From positions 1 to 52,560 of IMG/VR virus record IMGVR_UViG_3300033148_004975: DNA of 52,560 nt; one strand, written 5' to 3'. Source of the stretch: a virus (lineage: Duplodnaviria; Caudoviricetes). Below are positions 18,259-27,900 of the stretch, piece after piece. The notes under the pieces were generated by a model. It saw nothing but the letters and a program-made list of their open reading frames with translations. It had not been told where the DNA came from and ran no database searches. Positions within the stretch are counted from its first letter, which is position 1. Every line of letters starts with the position of its first letter. A program made the position numbers and the translations under genes.

Positions 18259-18669
18259 ATGTCTAAAGTTAGATGTGTAAAAAACATACAATTGAATGTT
18301 ATAAATAGTGATGGCAAAGAAGAAACAAGAAATTTTCGATATGGAGCATATTATAAAGCAAAAGCATGGCAACAAATCATTGGCGATGATGAATACATAA
18401 ACATAATATTGGAAGACAATTCAATTATTAAAGAGGTAAATCGGCATATTTTTGAAAATTTTAAAACACCAATAACACAAGTAGAAATGGAATCTAATAA
18501 ATCTACTGAACCTATTGAATCTATTGAACTTACTGAGTCTAGTGAATCTATTGGACCTATTGAATCTACAGAATCTACTCAACCAACTAAACCTACTAAA
18601 CCAGCTAAAGCAGACAAAGATGAATATTCACCAAAAGTATACAAATTCAATCATGATCTTGAATATTAA
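18259..18669 (+). CDS. hypothetical protein with tripeptide-repeat tail
   Basis: AGGAG RBS; STEPIESIELTES..TKPTKPAK. Confidence 0.7.
   Translation: MSKVRCVKNIQLNVINSDGKEETRNFRYGAYYKAKAWQQIIGDDEYINIILEDNSIIKEVNRHIFENFKTPITQVEMESNKSTEPIESIELTESSESIGPIESTESTQPTKPTKPAKADKDEYSPKVYKFNHDLEY
18502..18618 (+). repeat. about 13 degenerate 9-bp coding tandem repeats
   Basis: tctactgaa cctattgaa tctattgaa ... cctactaaa ccagctaaa. Confidence 0.85.
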
Positions 18670-18841
18670 AAAGTGAACAACAATGTCTAAAACCATAAGA
18701 AGAAATAAAAAAGATAAAAAGAAATATAAGGATTTTAGAAAAAACAGACAAAAGAGAAGTAAATTTGCGTTTTCAAGCAAGAATGTTTCTTAATTTAGGG
18801 TTTTGTCTAAATCATCAATCATTTTAAAAATAAAAAGAAAA

Positions 18842-19351
18842 ATGATAAGTGGATATACAATAGATTGGGATACACTCTTTATGCAAATGGTTTATTGCAT
18901 TGCTAGTAAATCAAAGGATAGAAATACGCATGTTGGTGCTGTAATAGTGGGCCCCAATCATGAAATTAGAAGTGTTGGTTATAATGGTTTTCCTAGAAAT
19001 ATAAATGATGATATTGCGAAAAGACAAGAAAGACCATATAAATATAATTTCTTTGCTCATGCTGAAGTGAATGCTATTTATAATGCGGCTCGTGTAGGTA
19101 TACCTATTGATGGATGCATTTTATATACAAATAGTATTCCTTGCTGTTCATGTTGTGTTGGTATAATTAATTCTGGCATAAAAGAAGTTGTAGTAGATAA
19201 AAAGTGGCAATCCCACAATGAATGGAAAGAAAAAGCAAATATTACCAAAATGATGTTTAATGAGGCAGGAATAATTTTTAGAGAATGGGATGGAGAATTA
19301 TTTCCAATACAAAAATATCAAAATGGACAAATTATATGTAATGGAGAATAA
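18842..19351 (+). CDS. dCMP deaminase
   Basis: SKD..VGAVI..GYNGFP, HAEVNA, PCCSC. Confidence 0.92.
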   Translation: MISGYTIDWDTLFMQMVYCIASKSKDRNTHVGAVIVGPNHEIRSVGYNGFPRNINDDIAKRQERPYKYNFFAHAEVNAIYNAARVGIPIDGCILYTNSIPCCSCCVGIINSGIKEVVVDKKWQSHNEWKEKANITKMMFNEAGIIFREWDGELFPIQKYQNGQIICNGE

Positions 19352-19353
19352 GT

Positions 19354-21828
19354 GTGTATAGTGAAGAAGAAGCCATTAAAGCAAGTACAGAATACTTCAA
19401 TAATAATACACTTGCTGCTACAATATTTGTAAATAAATATGCATTAAAAGATAATGACGGAAAAATCTTAGAACTAACACCATCAGATATGCATAATCGT
19501 ATTGCTAATGAGTTAGCAAGAATAGAGCGAAGTAAATTTAACAATCCATTAAGTAAAAGTGAAATTTTTGATTATTTAGATCATTTTAAAAAAATTATTC
19601 CACAAGGAGGAATATTATTTGGTGTTGGTAATAATTATCAATATACAAGTCTAGCTAATTGTTTTTGTTGTCCACCACCAGTTGATAGTTATGGTGGTAT
19701 TTTTTTTACAGATCAAGCAATAGCACAATTAAGTAAAAGACGCTGTGGTATAGGTATTAATATTTCCGATTTACGGCCACGTGGTTTTACAACAAAAAAT
19801 GCCGCTGGTAGTAGTACAGGCCCAATTTCTTTCGCCAAAAGATTTGCATCAACTGTAGCAGAAGTTGGACAAAATAATAGACGTGGTGGCGGACTTTTAT
19901 TAATGAATGTCCACCATATTGATATACTGCCATTTATTAATTTTAAAAATAATCTTTCTGATAATACAGCAGTAAACATCTCTATTGGAATTACTGACGA
20001 ATTTATAAAAGCAGTAAAAAATGATGAAGAATATGAACAAAGATGGCCAATTACCAATCCACAAATAACACGCAAGATTTCTGCTAAAAAAGTGTGGAAT
20101 GAAATAGTTAAATGTTCCTGGAATACTGGAGATCCTGGAATCATCTTTTTAGATAATATTATTAATGAATCAATACCAGATTGTTACAGCAATGAATGGA
20201 AAACGTCATCTACTAATGTATGTGGTGAAATACCACTCAATCCACTTGGTGCATGTGTTTTAACTGTAGTAAATGCTTATTCATATGTAGATAATAAATT
20301 TAAAAATAATGCAAGCTTTAATTTTGATGAATTTTATCACGATGCAATGATAGCTCATAGAATACTTGATGATATTATAGATTTAGAAATAGAAAAAATT
20401 AGTAAAATCCTAGATAAAATAAATAAAGATCCAGAACCAGATTATATTAAAAGTACAGAAAAAATTATATGGGAACAAGCACGTAACATTTATAGAAATG
20501 GAAGGCGAGTTGGACTTGGATTAGTTGGAGTGGCAGATACATTAGCTGCGTTAAATAAGCCGTATTCAATGAAAAGTGCAAAATTTTTAGATAAACTATA
20601 TAAAACACTAAAATTTGCGGCTTATAGATCGTCTATTGAAATAGCTAAAGAAATTGGGCCATTTCCTATGTTTGATTGGGAAAAGGAGAAAGATAATCCA
20701 TTTTTAAATAGAATAAAAAATGAATCAATAAAAATAAATAATGAAATAATAGATGGGTATGATATTTTTCATGATATTGAAGAATATGGTCGCCGCAATA
20801 TTAATTGTTTAACTAGTTCACCAACTGGCACAATTAGTTTATTGGCTCAAGTATCTTCTGGTATAGAACCTACCCAATATATTAATTTCAAAAGAAAAGT
20901 TAAATTAACTGATGATATGATAAATAAATATGATGATAAAGATATAGAAATAGATGTGGATGGTAATAAATTTGTATCATTCATGGTTGAACATCCAAAA
21001 TTTACAGAATGGAAAAGAATTACTGGGAAAACTAAGCCAGAAGAAAGCCCTTGGTATTTATCATGTGCTCATGATATTAAACCAGAAGATCGTATAAAAT
21101 TACAAGGAAAAATCCAGAAACATATTTGCAATAGTATTAGTAGTACGGTCAACTTGCCACAAAATACACCACAAAAATTTATTGATGATATATTCTTACT
21201 TTCTCATGAAGTAGGACTTAAGGGTGTGACGATATACCGCGATGGTAGTAGGAAGAATATAATACAATCCGCAAATGTTGACAGGGACAACATTGACCAT
21301 ATTATTAAGACAGAGGCCCCTAGGCGACCAAGAGAACTACCATGTAACGTACATCATGTAACAGTTAAAGGTCGAAAATATTATGTATTAGTTGGGTTGT
21401 TTGGGAAGAATAAAGAGCCATATGAAATTTTTTGTGGCCCAAATAATATTATGCCAAATGGCATTACTAATGGTGTTATTGTTAAGAAAAGAAAAGGTTA
21501 TTATAAAGCCATATTCAAAGAACATGACTTTGAGATTTCACCACTTATGTCATCAGCTAATGAAATGGAAGAGGGGGTTACACGTCTTGCTTCTACCGCA
21601 TTAAGACATGGTACAGAAATTTATTATTTAGTTAAACAATTAGAAAGAGTGGGTGAACATAGTTCATTACAAGATTTTTGTCGTGCTATGGCTCGCACTT
21701 TAAAGAAATATATTCCAGAAAATAGAAAAGAAGAAAATGAATCATGTCCGTCGTGTGGTAATCAAACATTAGTTAGGCGAGAAGGCTGCCCATTATGTTT
21801 AACATGTTCTTGGAGTAGATGTCTGTGA
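19354..21828 (+). CDS. nrdJ: ribonucleotide reductase class II (adenosylcobalamin-dependent)
   Basis: SLANCF, TNVCGEIPL, PTGTIS, SSGIEP, SISSTVN, KGVTIYRDGSR; C-terminal TSCPD-like domain and CxxC ribbon; no NrdB nearby. Confidence 0.9.
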   Translation: MYSEEEAIKASTEYFNNNTLAATIFVNKYALKDNDGKILELTPSDMHNRIANELARIERSKFNNPLSKSEIFDYLDHFKKIIPQGGILFGVGNNYQYTSLANCFCCPPPVDSYGGIFFTDQAIAQLSKRRCGIGINISDLRPRGFTTKNAAGSSTGPISFAKRFASTVAEVGQNNRRGGGLLLMNVHHIDILPFINFKNNLSDNTAVNISIGITDEFIKAVKNDEEYEQRWPITNPQITRKISAKKVWNEIVKCSWNTGDPGIIFLDNIINESIPDCYSNEWKTSSTNVCGEIPLNPLGACVLTVVNAYSYVDNKFKNNASFNFDEFYHDAMIAHRILDDIIDLEIEKISKILDKINKDPEPDYIKSTEKIIWEQARNIYRNGRRVGLGLVGVADTLAALNKPYSMKSAKFLDKLYKTLKFAAYRSSIEIAKEIGPFPMFDWEKEKDNPFLNRIKNESIKINNEIIDGYDIFHDIEEYGRRNINCLTSSPTGTISLLAQVSSGIEPTQYINFKRKVKLTDDMINKYDDKDIEIDVDGNKFVSFMVEHPKFTEWKRITGKTKPEESPWYLSCAHDIKPEDRIKLQGKIQKHICNSISSTVNLPQNTPQKFIDDIFLLSHEVGLKGVTIYRDGSRKNIIQSANVDRDNIDHIIKTEAPRRPRELPCNVHHVTVKGRKYYVLVGLFGKNKEPYEIFCGPNNIMPNGITNGVIVKKRKGYYKAIFKEHDFEISPLMSSANEMEEGVTRLASTALRHGTEIYYLVKQLERVGEHSSLQDFCRAMARTLKKYIPENRKEENESCPSCGNQTLVRREGCPLCLTCSWSRCL

Positions 21829-22619
21829 AAATAAACAATAAGCCATTAGCATTATTGCACGCCCCTAAAACTGGCGGTTCATCTATAGTACAAGATAATA
21901 GAATTACAGAATTTGGCCATATGCAAGTATATGATGATAATATAAATAGCCCTAGAGTAAATTATACTTATCTTTATCATGATAGAAAAACAGCACTACA
22001 AGCTATTTTGCCACTATCACATGTAAGAAAATATTATACACTATTTATTGTCAGAAATCATTTTAGTTGGCTGGTTTCTTATGCTGATTGGTGTTCATGT
22101 TTTTCAAATTGGAATTTTGATCATCATGATGCAATATATGCAAGAAAAGGATTTGACTATTTAATTAAAACAATAATTAATAGAGAAAATGCGTGGCCAT
22201 CTCGAAACAATATATTTTGTCAAATGTTTACTACATCTGGTTCATTAGTGCCAGATTATATTTTACATACTGAAAATTTAGATAATGAATTAAAATTTCT
22301 CTTTTCTAAATATAATGAAGAATGGATTCCACCACCTAGAGTACAAATAGGTCGCAGACATGGTAATTTTGGTGCTAGAAGTGCTGGAAGAGGAAAAAAT
22401 CTACACATAAGTTCTAAACAAACTAAAAAACCCATTCATGAAATGTATTCGGATAAACTAGCAGAAGAAGTTTGGTTATGTTGGAATAAAGAGATGAAAA
22501 TGCTTGGATATGGGCCAAATCCGAATAAATTAGAAGCAGAAAAAAGTGATGATGTTTTATTTGGTGATGTTACAGAATGTAAAAAAACATATACCTATTA
22601 TTGGAATGAAACAAAATAG
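21819..22619 (+). CDS. sulfotransferase-fold protein
   Basis: LHAPKTGGSSI (5'-PSB) and VRN..WLVSY (3'-PB). Confidence 0.65.
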   Translation: MSVKINNKPLALLHAPKTGGSSIVQDNRITEFGHMQVYDDNINSPRVNYTYLYHDRKTALQAILPLSHVRKYYTLFIVRNHFSWLVSYADWCSCFSNWNFDHHDAIYARKGFDYLIKTIINRENAWPSRNNIFCQMFTTSGSLVPDYILHTENLDNELKFLFSKYNEEWIPPPRVQIGRRHGNFGARSAGRGKNLHISSKQTKKPIHEMYSDKLAEEVWLCWNKEMKMLGYGPNPNKLEAEKSDDVLFGDVTECKKTYTYYWNETK

Positions 22620-22630
22620 GATTAAATAAA

Positions 22631-22990
22631 ATGCCAACATACGATTATCATTGTGATAAATGCAATAAAACCATGGAAATTTTTCATAATATGTTTGATG
22701 AGTCACAACAAAAATGTCCAACATGTAATAGTGAAATTTATAAAATTTATATTACACCACCATATGGTTTTATAGATGAACCCAGAACGGTTGGTGGTTT
22801 AGCAGATAAAAATGCATCAAAATATTCAAATGATCAAAAGGAAGAAATACGGCTTAAGACAAGAAGTAGACCGCCTAAAAAGCAAAGCACAGAAAAACCA
22901 CTTTATGATAAATATAGGACTAAAACAAACAAAGAAGTCCTTAAAATGACACCAGAACAACGGAAGAAATATATATTGACAGGAAATTAA
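22631..22990 (+). CDS. FmdB-family Zn-ribbon protein
   Basis: MPTYDYHCDKC..CPTC. Confidence 0.8.
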   Translation: MPTYDYHCDKCNKTMEIFHNMFDESQQKCPTCNSEIYKIYITPPYGFIDEPRTVGGLADKNASKYSNDQKEEIRLKTRSRPPKKQSTEKPLYDKYRTKTNKEVLKMTPEQRKKYILTGN

Positions 22991-23011
22991 TCCAAAATTT
23001 AATTTTTACAA

Positions 23012-23485
23012 ATGGTTGAAGTATTAGTGGGAATGATAGCTTCTGGAAAATCCACATGGGCAAAACAACGGGCTAAAGAGGGTTGGATTGTTTTAAATGA
23101 TGATGCTATTGTTAATGCTGTTCATGGTGGTGACTATACTTTATATTCTGAAAACTTAAAACCCCTTTATAAATCTATTGAGGATCATATATTTCACACA
23201 GCAGTAGCAATGGGTAAAAATGTAGTTATAGATCGAGGTTTAGATATACGAAAAACATCTAGGCAACGATGGATTGCATTAGCTAAATCTTTAGATATTA
23301 TGATAATTGCAGTGGTTTTTGAGAAAAAAACACCAGAAGAACATGCTCATAGACGATACGAATCGGATGGTAGAGGATATAGTTATGAATATTGGTTAAA
23401 AGTCGCCAAAATTCATGACAAACAATGGTCTATGCCTTCAATTTTTGAAGGTTTTGATGGTGTGCGAAATGAAGTAGAAAATTGA
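23012..23485 (+). CDS. P-loop polynucleotide kinase-like (AAA_33)
   Basis: GMIASGKSTWA, NDD, VVID, R...W. Confidence 0.8.
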   Translation: MVEVLVGMIASGKSTWAKQRAKEGWIVLNDDAIVNAVHGGDYTLYSENLKPLYKSIEDHIFHTAVAMGKNVVIDRGLDIRKTSRQRWIALAKSLDIMIIAVVFEKKTPEEHAHRRYESDGRGYSYEYWLKVAKIHDKQWSMPSIFEGFDGVRNEVEN

Positions 23486-23751
23486 AATATAAAATGAACA
23501 CAGAAAACGAAATAATTGAAGCGGAATATCAAGCATTGATTAGAATAGATGCTTCGGTAAATCAACGTGTTGGTAATAATTATTGGCATCCTGCCGCAGT
23601 TTTTAATGATTCTTTTTTTGTTGTATTGAATGGAAAATCAGAAAATGATGTAATTGAGGAATTAAAAAATAAGTTAGATAATCTAAAGAAAGCATGGGAA
23701 GAAGTTGGCGGAAAAGTTGGTGTAATAGAGGATATAAATAAACATGGGTAA
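23482..23751 (+). CDS. hypothetical protein
   Basis: ORF within the operon. Confidence 0.55.
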   Translation: MKYKMNTENEIIEAEYQALIRIDASVNQRVGNNYWHPAAVFNDSFFVVLNGKSENDVIEELKNKLDNLKKAWEEVGGKVGVIEDINKHG

Positions 23752-24055
23752 AAAAATATTGTACAGTAATAATTCACCTGAAAATAATAGAAACATTTCA
23801 CAAAAATTAGAAGATGTTGATCATATAATTGTTAAGTGTTCTTCTTGTGATAAAGCACTTGTTGAGATATGGGTGGTTAGTAGGGATTCGGTTGATTCTA
23901 AAATTGTCGCCAATTGTCCTTTTTGTGGTGATAAATCTTTTATATACGAAATAAATGGTCAATTTCTATTAGGACATATGGATGATACTGTAATAGTAGA
24001 CACAGATGTTGATGATAATAATATAGTAAATATTAACGTTATTAAAGAGGTATAA
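23744..24055 (+). CDS. hypothetical Zn-ribbon protein
   Basis: CSSC..CPFCG. Confidence 0.65.
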   Translation: MGKKILYSNNSPENNRNISQKLEDVDHIIVKCSSCDKALVEIWVVSRDSVDSKIVANCPFCGDKSFIYEINGQFLLGHMDDTVIVDTDVDDNNIVNINVIKEV

Positions 24056-24065
24056 AAAAATAACA

Positions 24066-24443
24066 ATGAGAGAAAATGTAAATATAGATGATTTTATTGT
24101 TGATAAGAATAAGGAACTACAAAGCACATCCACTATTGATTTGCCAGAAAAAATTACAGGCTATGATGAATCTTATAATGTAGTGGACATTAATGATAAG
24201 AAGTGCTTATGTATTATAGATCTTCCTAATAATAAATTTTGGATTAAAATTAATAAAAGAGAAGGAAGACCATTTAATCCATTAAGCTATAGTTCTGTAC
24301 AAGAATATTTACCCGAAATGGGCTCATTTGCATGGCGTTTTCACGAAGTTAGTAAAGAATGTGCAATGAATTATCTTCGTTTTTTGCAAACTAAAAATTC
24401 AATCTATTTACATAATGCACATAGGCAAATCACGTATAATTAG
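24066..24443 (+). CDS. hypothetical phage protein
   Basis: 125-aa ORF. Confidence 0.65.
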   Translation: MRENVNIDDFIVDKNKELQSTSTIDLPEKITGYDESYNVVDINDKKCLCIIDLPNNKFWIKINKREGRPFNPLSYSSVQEYLPEMGSFAWRFHEVSKECAMNYLRFLQTKNSIYLHNAHRQITYN

Positions 24444-24453
24444 GAGAGATATA

Positions 24454-24852
24454 ATGCCTCGAAAGAAAATAGGTTTTATTGAAGAGTGTTTTATTTTATA
24501 TAATAAAGATAAAATGACTGTAGAAGAAATTGCATCCTTTCTTCCTGGTATAGGTCCAAAAAGTGTAGAAAATTTTATCATATCACATAATCCAAGTGAA
24601 GAAAAAAATATTGAAGAAAATATGCCAAAACAAAATCAGCCAGAACAATCAAAACGACCACAATCGCAACAATCTAAGAAGAGAATTGCTCCTGTTAAAA
24701 ATCTTTTTGCTACAGATAAAAACAGAAGAGCAACTGTAATGACACAACAAGCTAGTCAATATGGTGACGAAGCTAGTAAGAGAAATCTATCACAAAAACG
24801 TAAAATACATCCAAACGTTTTTATACCAGATCCAACCCGAAAGCCACTATAA
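24454..24852 (+). CDS. hypothetical protein with N-terminal HTH-like segment
   Basis: AGGAG RBS; MTVEEIASFL..KSVENF; VMTQQAS. Confidence 0.6.
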   Translation: MPRKKIGFIEECFILYNKDKMTVEEIASFLPGIGPKSVENFIISHNPSEEKNIEENMPKQNQPEQSKRPQSQQSKKRIAPVKNLFATDKNRRATVMTQQASQYGDEASKRNLSQKRKIHPNVFIPDPTRKPL

Positions 24853-24858
24853 AATAAA

Positions 24859-25635
24859 ATGGAAATTGATATAGCATTAAATAAAATTTATAACGAAGAT
24901 TGTTTAAAAACTATGGCAAAAATGCCAAATGAATTTATTGACTTAACAATAACTAATCCGCCTTGTGATGAACGCGTCTTTGATTTTACAAAAGTTGGAA
25001 AAGAATTATTTAGAGTTACAAAACGTGGTGGTGTTGTAGTTTGGATTGTTGCGGATCAAACTAAAAATTTCTGTGAGTCTCTCTTTTCTTTTAAGCAGGC
25101 GATTTATTTTGTTGAAGAATGTGGATTTAATTTATTAGATACGATGATTTATCACAAGTCCAAATATCCACCAATTTATCCATATTCGCTAGGAAGATAC
25201 TCTGACGCTTTTGAATACATGTTTGTGTTCTCAAAAGGTGAGCATAAAACGTTTAATCCAATTGTAATAGAAAAAACACCTAAATCATATACAAAAAAGG
25301 GGATTCTTTACAGAAAAGCAGATGATTCAACAATATATAGAAAGATTTTCATTGATAAAAAAATTAAGGATTTATCAAATGTATGGACTGCAATTACTAC
25401 AGAAAATGAAGATACAAAGGATGACTTAATGATATTTCCACCACAACTAGTTTATGATCATATTGTAAGCTGGAGTAATAGAGGGGATATTGTTTACGAT
25501 CCGTTTATGGGGCGCGGTACTACTGCCATGATGGCAATTTTAAATAGTCGCAAATTTATTGGTTCCGAAATATCCAAAACATACTGCTACATAGCAAATG
25601 AACGAATAAATACATTAAGAAAGCAAATACAATGA
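24859..25635 (+). CDS. N4C/N6A DNA methyltransferase (beta class), atypical NPPC motif
   Basis: IYNEDCL, TNPPC, DPFMGRGTT, FIGSEIS. Confidence 0.85.
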   Translation: MEIDIALNKIYNEDCLKTMAKMPNEFIDLTITNPPCDERVFDFTKVGKELFRVTKRGGVVVWIVADQTKNFCESLFSFKQAIYFVEECGFNLLDTMIYHKSKYPPIYPYSLGRYSDAFEYMFVFSKGEHKTFNPIVIEKTPKSYTKKGILYRKADDSTIYRKIFIDKKIKDLSNVWTAITTENEDTKDDLMIFPPQLVYDHIVSWSNRGDIVYDPFMGRGTTAMMAILNSRKFIGSEISKTYCYIANERINTLRKQIQ

Positions 25636-26114
25636 ATGTAGAAAATTTATTATCTAAATATTATTTATGTTATGATAAGCATGATCCATTCATTCAAGAT
25701 AAACCAATATGGGTAGCTGGTTTGGATTGTGGTAAAAACATCTACCAAGACGATGGTAGAAAAGGGTGTGGAGATTATTCTGCATGGATACGTTTGGGTA
25801 AATTAATTAAAAATGAAAATATTAATATTGTTAATTTAAAATTAATGTTCGGTACACATGTCGTTAATGTCATTGATGATTGTGATGCTTATTATTTTTC
25901 TATGGGCGCTCAAGGGCAAATGGGTAGCAGCACACAACATTTTTATGTAGTTGGCGGAATTCGCAACATAGAGCAAGAAAAATTTACATGTAAATGGTAT
26001 ATTATTCCAGCACTAGAAATAATAAGAATTGATAAAAAAGAAAATGATCCTCAGAAATTGGGGCAAAGGTTAATTACTAATGCCACAAAAGAAGAAAAAA
26101 TATCTTCAATCTAA
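25632..26114 (+). CDS. hypothetical phage protein
   Basis: YQDDGR..SAWIRL. Confidence 0.7.
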   Translation: MNVENLLSKYYLCYDKHDPFIQDKPIWVAGLDCGKNIYQDDGRKGCGDYSAWIRLGKLIKNENINIVNLKLMFGTHVVNVIDDCDAYYFSMGAQGQMGSSTQHFYVVGGIRNIEQEKFTCKWYIIPALEIIRIDKKENDPQKLGQRLITNATKEEKISSI

Positions 26115-26502
26115 ATATGGTGGTGGCAAAATATCAGAACCACAATATTTAGTAGAAATAATATGTGATCTTAAAGCTAAACATAATGGTGAATATCTTT
26201 CAGATAAATTTTGGCAAATAGATAAATGGAAAAAGGAATTTAGAAAACAAATTACTATTGCCAATAAATTACTTAAAGAATATCCATTTCCTGTTATAAT
26301 GAACGCTATTCTTCACAAAGATTGTATTACTAAAATAAATTCCCTTGGCGCCAATTGGTTATTAAAGCCAATTCTGGAAGAAGAATTAAGGAAGTATAAC
26401 TTAAATAAATCAAATCTACAAGCAACTAAAGCAGATCATGATATTACTAGCAAACCACAAAAGCCACTCGGCAAGAAAACACTCCTTTCTAAATTAGGTT
26501 AA
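26080..26502 (+). CDS. hypothetical phage protein
   Basis: 140-aa ORF upstream of recA. Confidence 0.7.
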   Translation: MPQKKKKYLQSKYGGGKISEPQYLVEIICDLKAKHNGEYLSDKFWQIDKWKKEFRKQITIANKLLKEYPFPVIMNAILHKDCITKINSLGANWLLKPILEEELRKYNLNKSNLQATKADHDITSKPQKPLGKKTLLSKLG

Positions 26503-26503
26503 T

Positions 26504-27487
26504 ATGAGCGAAAAAACAGAAAATCTTCCCTCTTATTATATTAGTGGAAGAGAATTAGCATCTCAAACTAAAGAAGTAATATCTATAGGGCCATGTTTAG
26601 ATGTTATTACACATGGTATACCATTTGGTAGTATAGTTACGCTTACAGGAGATCCCAAAGCTGGGAAAACGAATGTCAGCTTGAATATTGCAAGAAATGC
26701 ACAAAAATTTGGTAGTAAAGTATACTATTTTAATATAGAGGCCAGATTAAAACCGCGAGATCTATTAGGAATAGATGGATTAGATTTGGATAATTTTCTC
26801 ATTATTGGATCTTACTACAAAAATAAAAAACCAGTAATATTATCTGCTGAAGATTATTTAAATGAAGCGGAAAAAATTATTCACAACGAACCAAGATCTG
26901 TAATAATTTTTGATTCTATATCTCAGCTTATTACAAAGAAAGAATTAGCTAGTGAACTTGGTGATAGCGGATATGCTCCAGGTCCAGCATTAATGGCCTC
27001 TTTTCTTAAAAGGGTTTCTAATATTATATCAATAAATGATATTATAGCTATATGCATTTTACATTACACCACCAATATGAATCCTGCCACCCGTAAAACT
27101 AAACAGAAGAGTGGTGGAAGAAAGGTCGTATATGCTGCTGATATTGATTTAGAAGCAAAATATTTCAAAATCATCAAAAATAGTGATGGATACCCAGTTG
27201 GTCAGGAAGTTGTTTGGCAAACACTATCTACTGCTTTTTTACCACCTGGACAAGAAATAACATCATTAATAAGATACAATGTTGGTATAGATGAAATAGG
27301 AGAATGGATAAAATTAGGTGTTGATTTAGGATTAATAACACAAAATGGTCCATATTATAGTGTTAATATTGGTGATGAAGTTGTCAAAGCCCAAGGTAAA
27401 GAAAAACTTCGCACAATGCTTGAAAAAGATAAATCATTATTAGATAATCTTTCTTCAAATATTAGAAAAATGGTATTTCCATTATGA
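26504..27487 (+). CDS. recA: RecA/UvsX-like recombinase
   Basis: GDPKAGKT Walker A, NIEARL, IIFDSI, SGGRKVVY, YNVGID, GPYYS, QGKEK. Confidence 0.85.
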   Translation: MSEKTENLPSYYISGRELASQTKEVISIGPCLDVITHGIPFGSIVTLTGDPKAGKTNVSLNIARNAQKFGSKVYYFNIEARLKPRDLLGIDGLDLDNFLIIGSYYKNKKPVILSAEDYLNEAEKIIHNEPRSVIIFDSISQLITKKELASELGDSGYAPGPALMASFLKRVSNIISINDIIAICILHYTTNMNPATRKTKQKSGGRKVVYAADIDLEAKYFKIIKNSDGYPVGQEVVWQTLSTAFLPPGQEITSLIRYNVGIDEIGEWIKLGVDLGLITQNGPYYSVNIGDEVVKAQGKEKLRTMLEKDKSLLDNLSSNIRKMVFPL

Positions 27488-27900
27488 AAGTAATTGGACT
27501 AGATGGTAGAACTTATAATTGGCCATCAAAAAAAGATTGTGCTCGACATGGAAAAGAAAGAAAAACCAGATCTGAAATACAAGATTATGCAGTTAAATTA
27601 GTACAATCTCTATACCCAACACGGCTTGTTTTAGAAGAAGTTAAAATTCCAGGTGGAAGATTATTTATAGATATATATGTACCAGGAGAAAAATTAGCAA
27701 TAGAAGTTCACGGTATTCAACATTTTAAATATTCTAAGTTTTTTCATCGTAGTATTCCTAAATTTATTGAAGCTAAAAAAAGAGATAAACAAAAGGAAGA
27801 ATGGTGCAAAAAGAATAATATTAGATTTATTATTTTGCCGTACCATTTAATATCACAATGGCCAAAATTATTAGGATTTAATTATGATTCCAATTCTTAA
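27484..27900 (+). CDS. PD-(D/E)xK endonuclease (Vsr/DUF559-like)
   Basis: FIDIY..AIEVHGIQH..RD..K..WC. Confidence 0.75.
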   Translation: MKVIGLDGRTYNWPSKKDCARHGKERKTRSEIQDYAVKLVQSLYPTRLVLEEVKIPGGRLFIDIYVPGEKLAIEVHGIQHFKYSKFFHRSIPKFIEAKKRDKQKEEWCKKNNIRFIILPYHLISQWPKLLGFNYDSNS

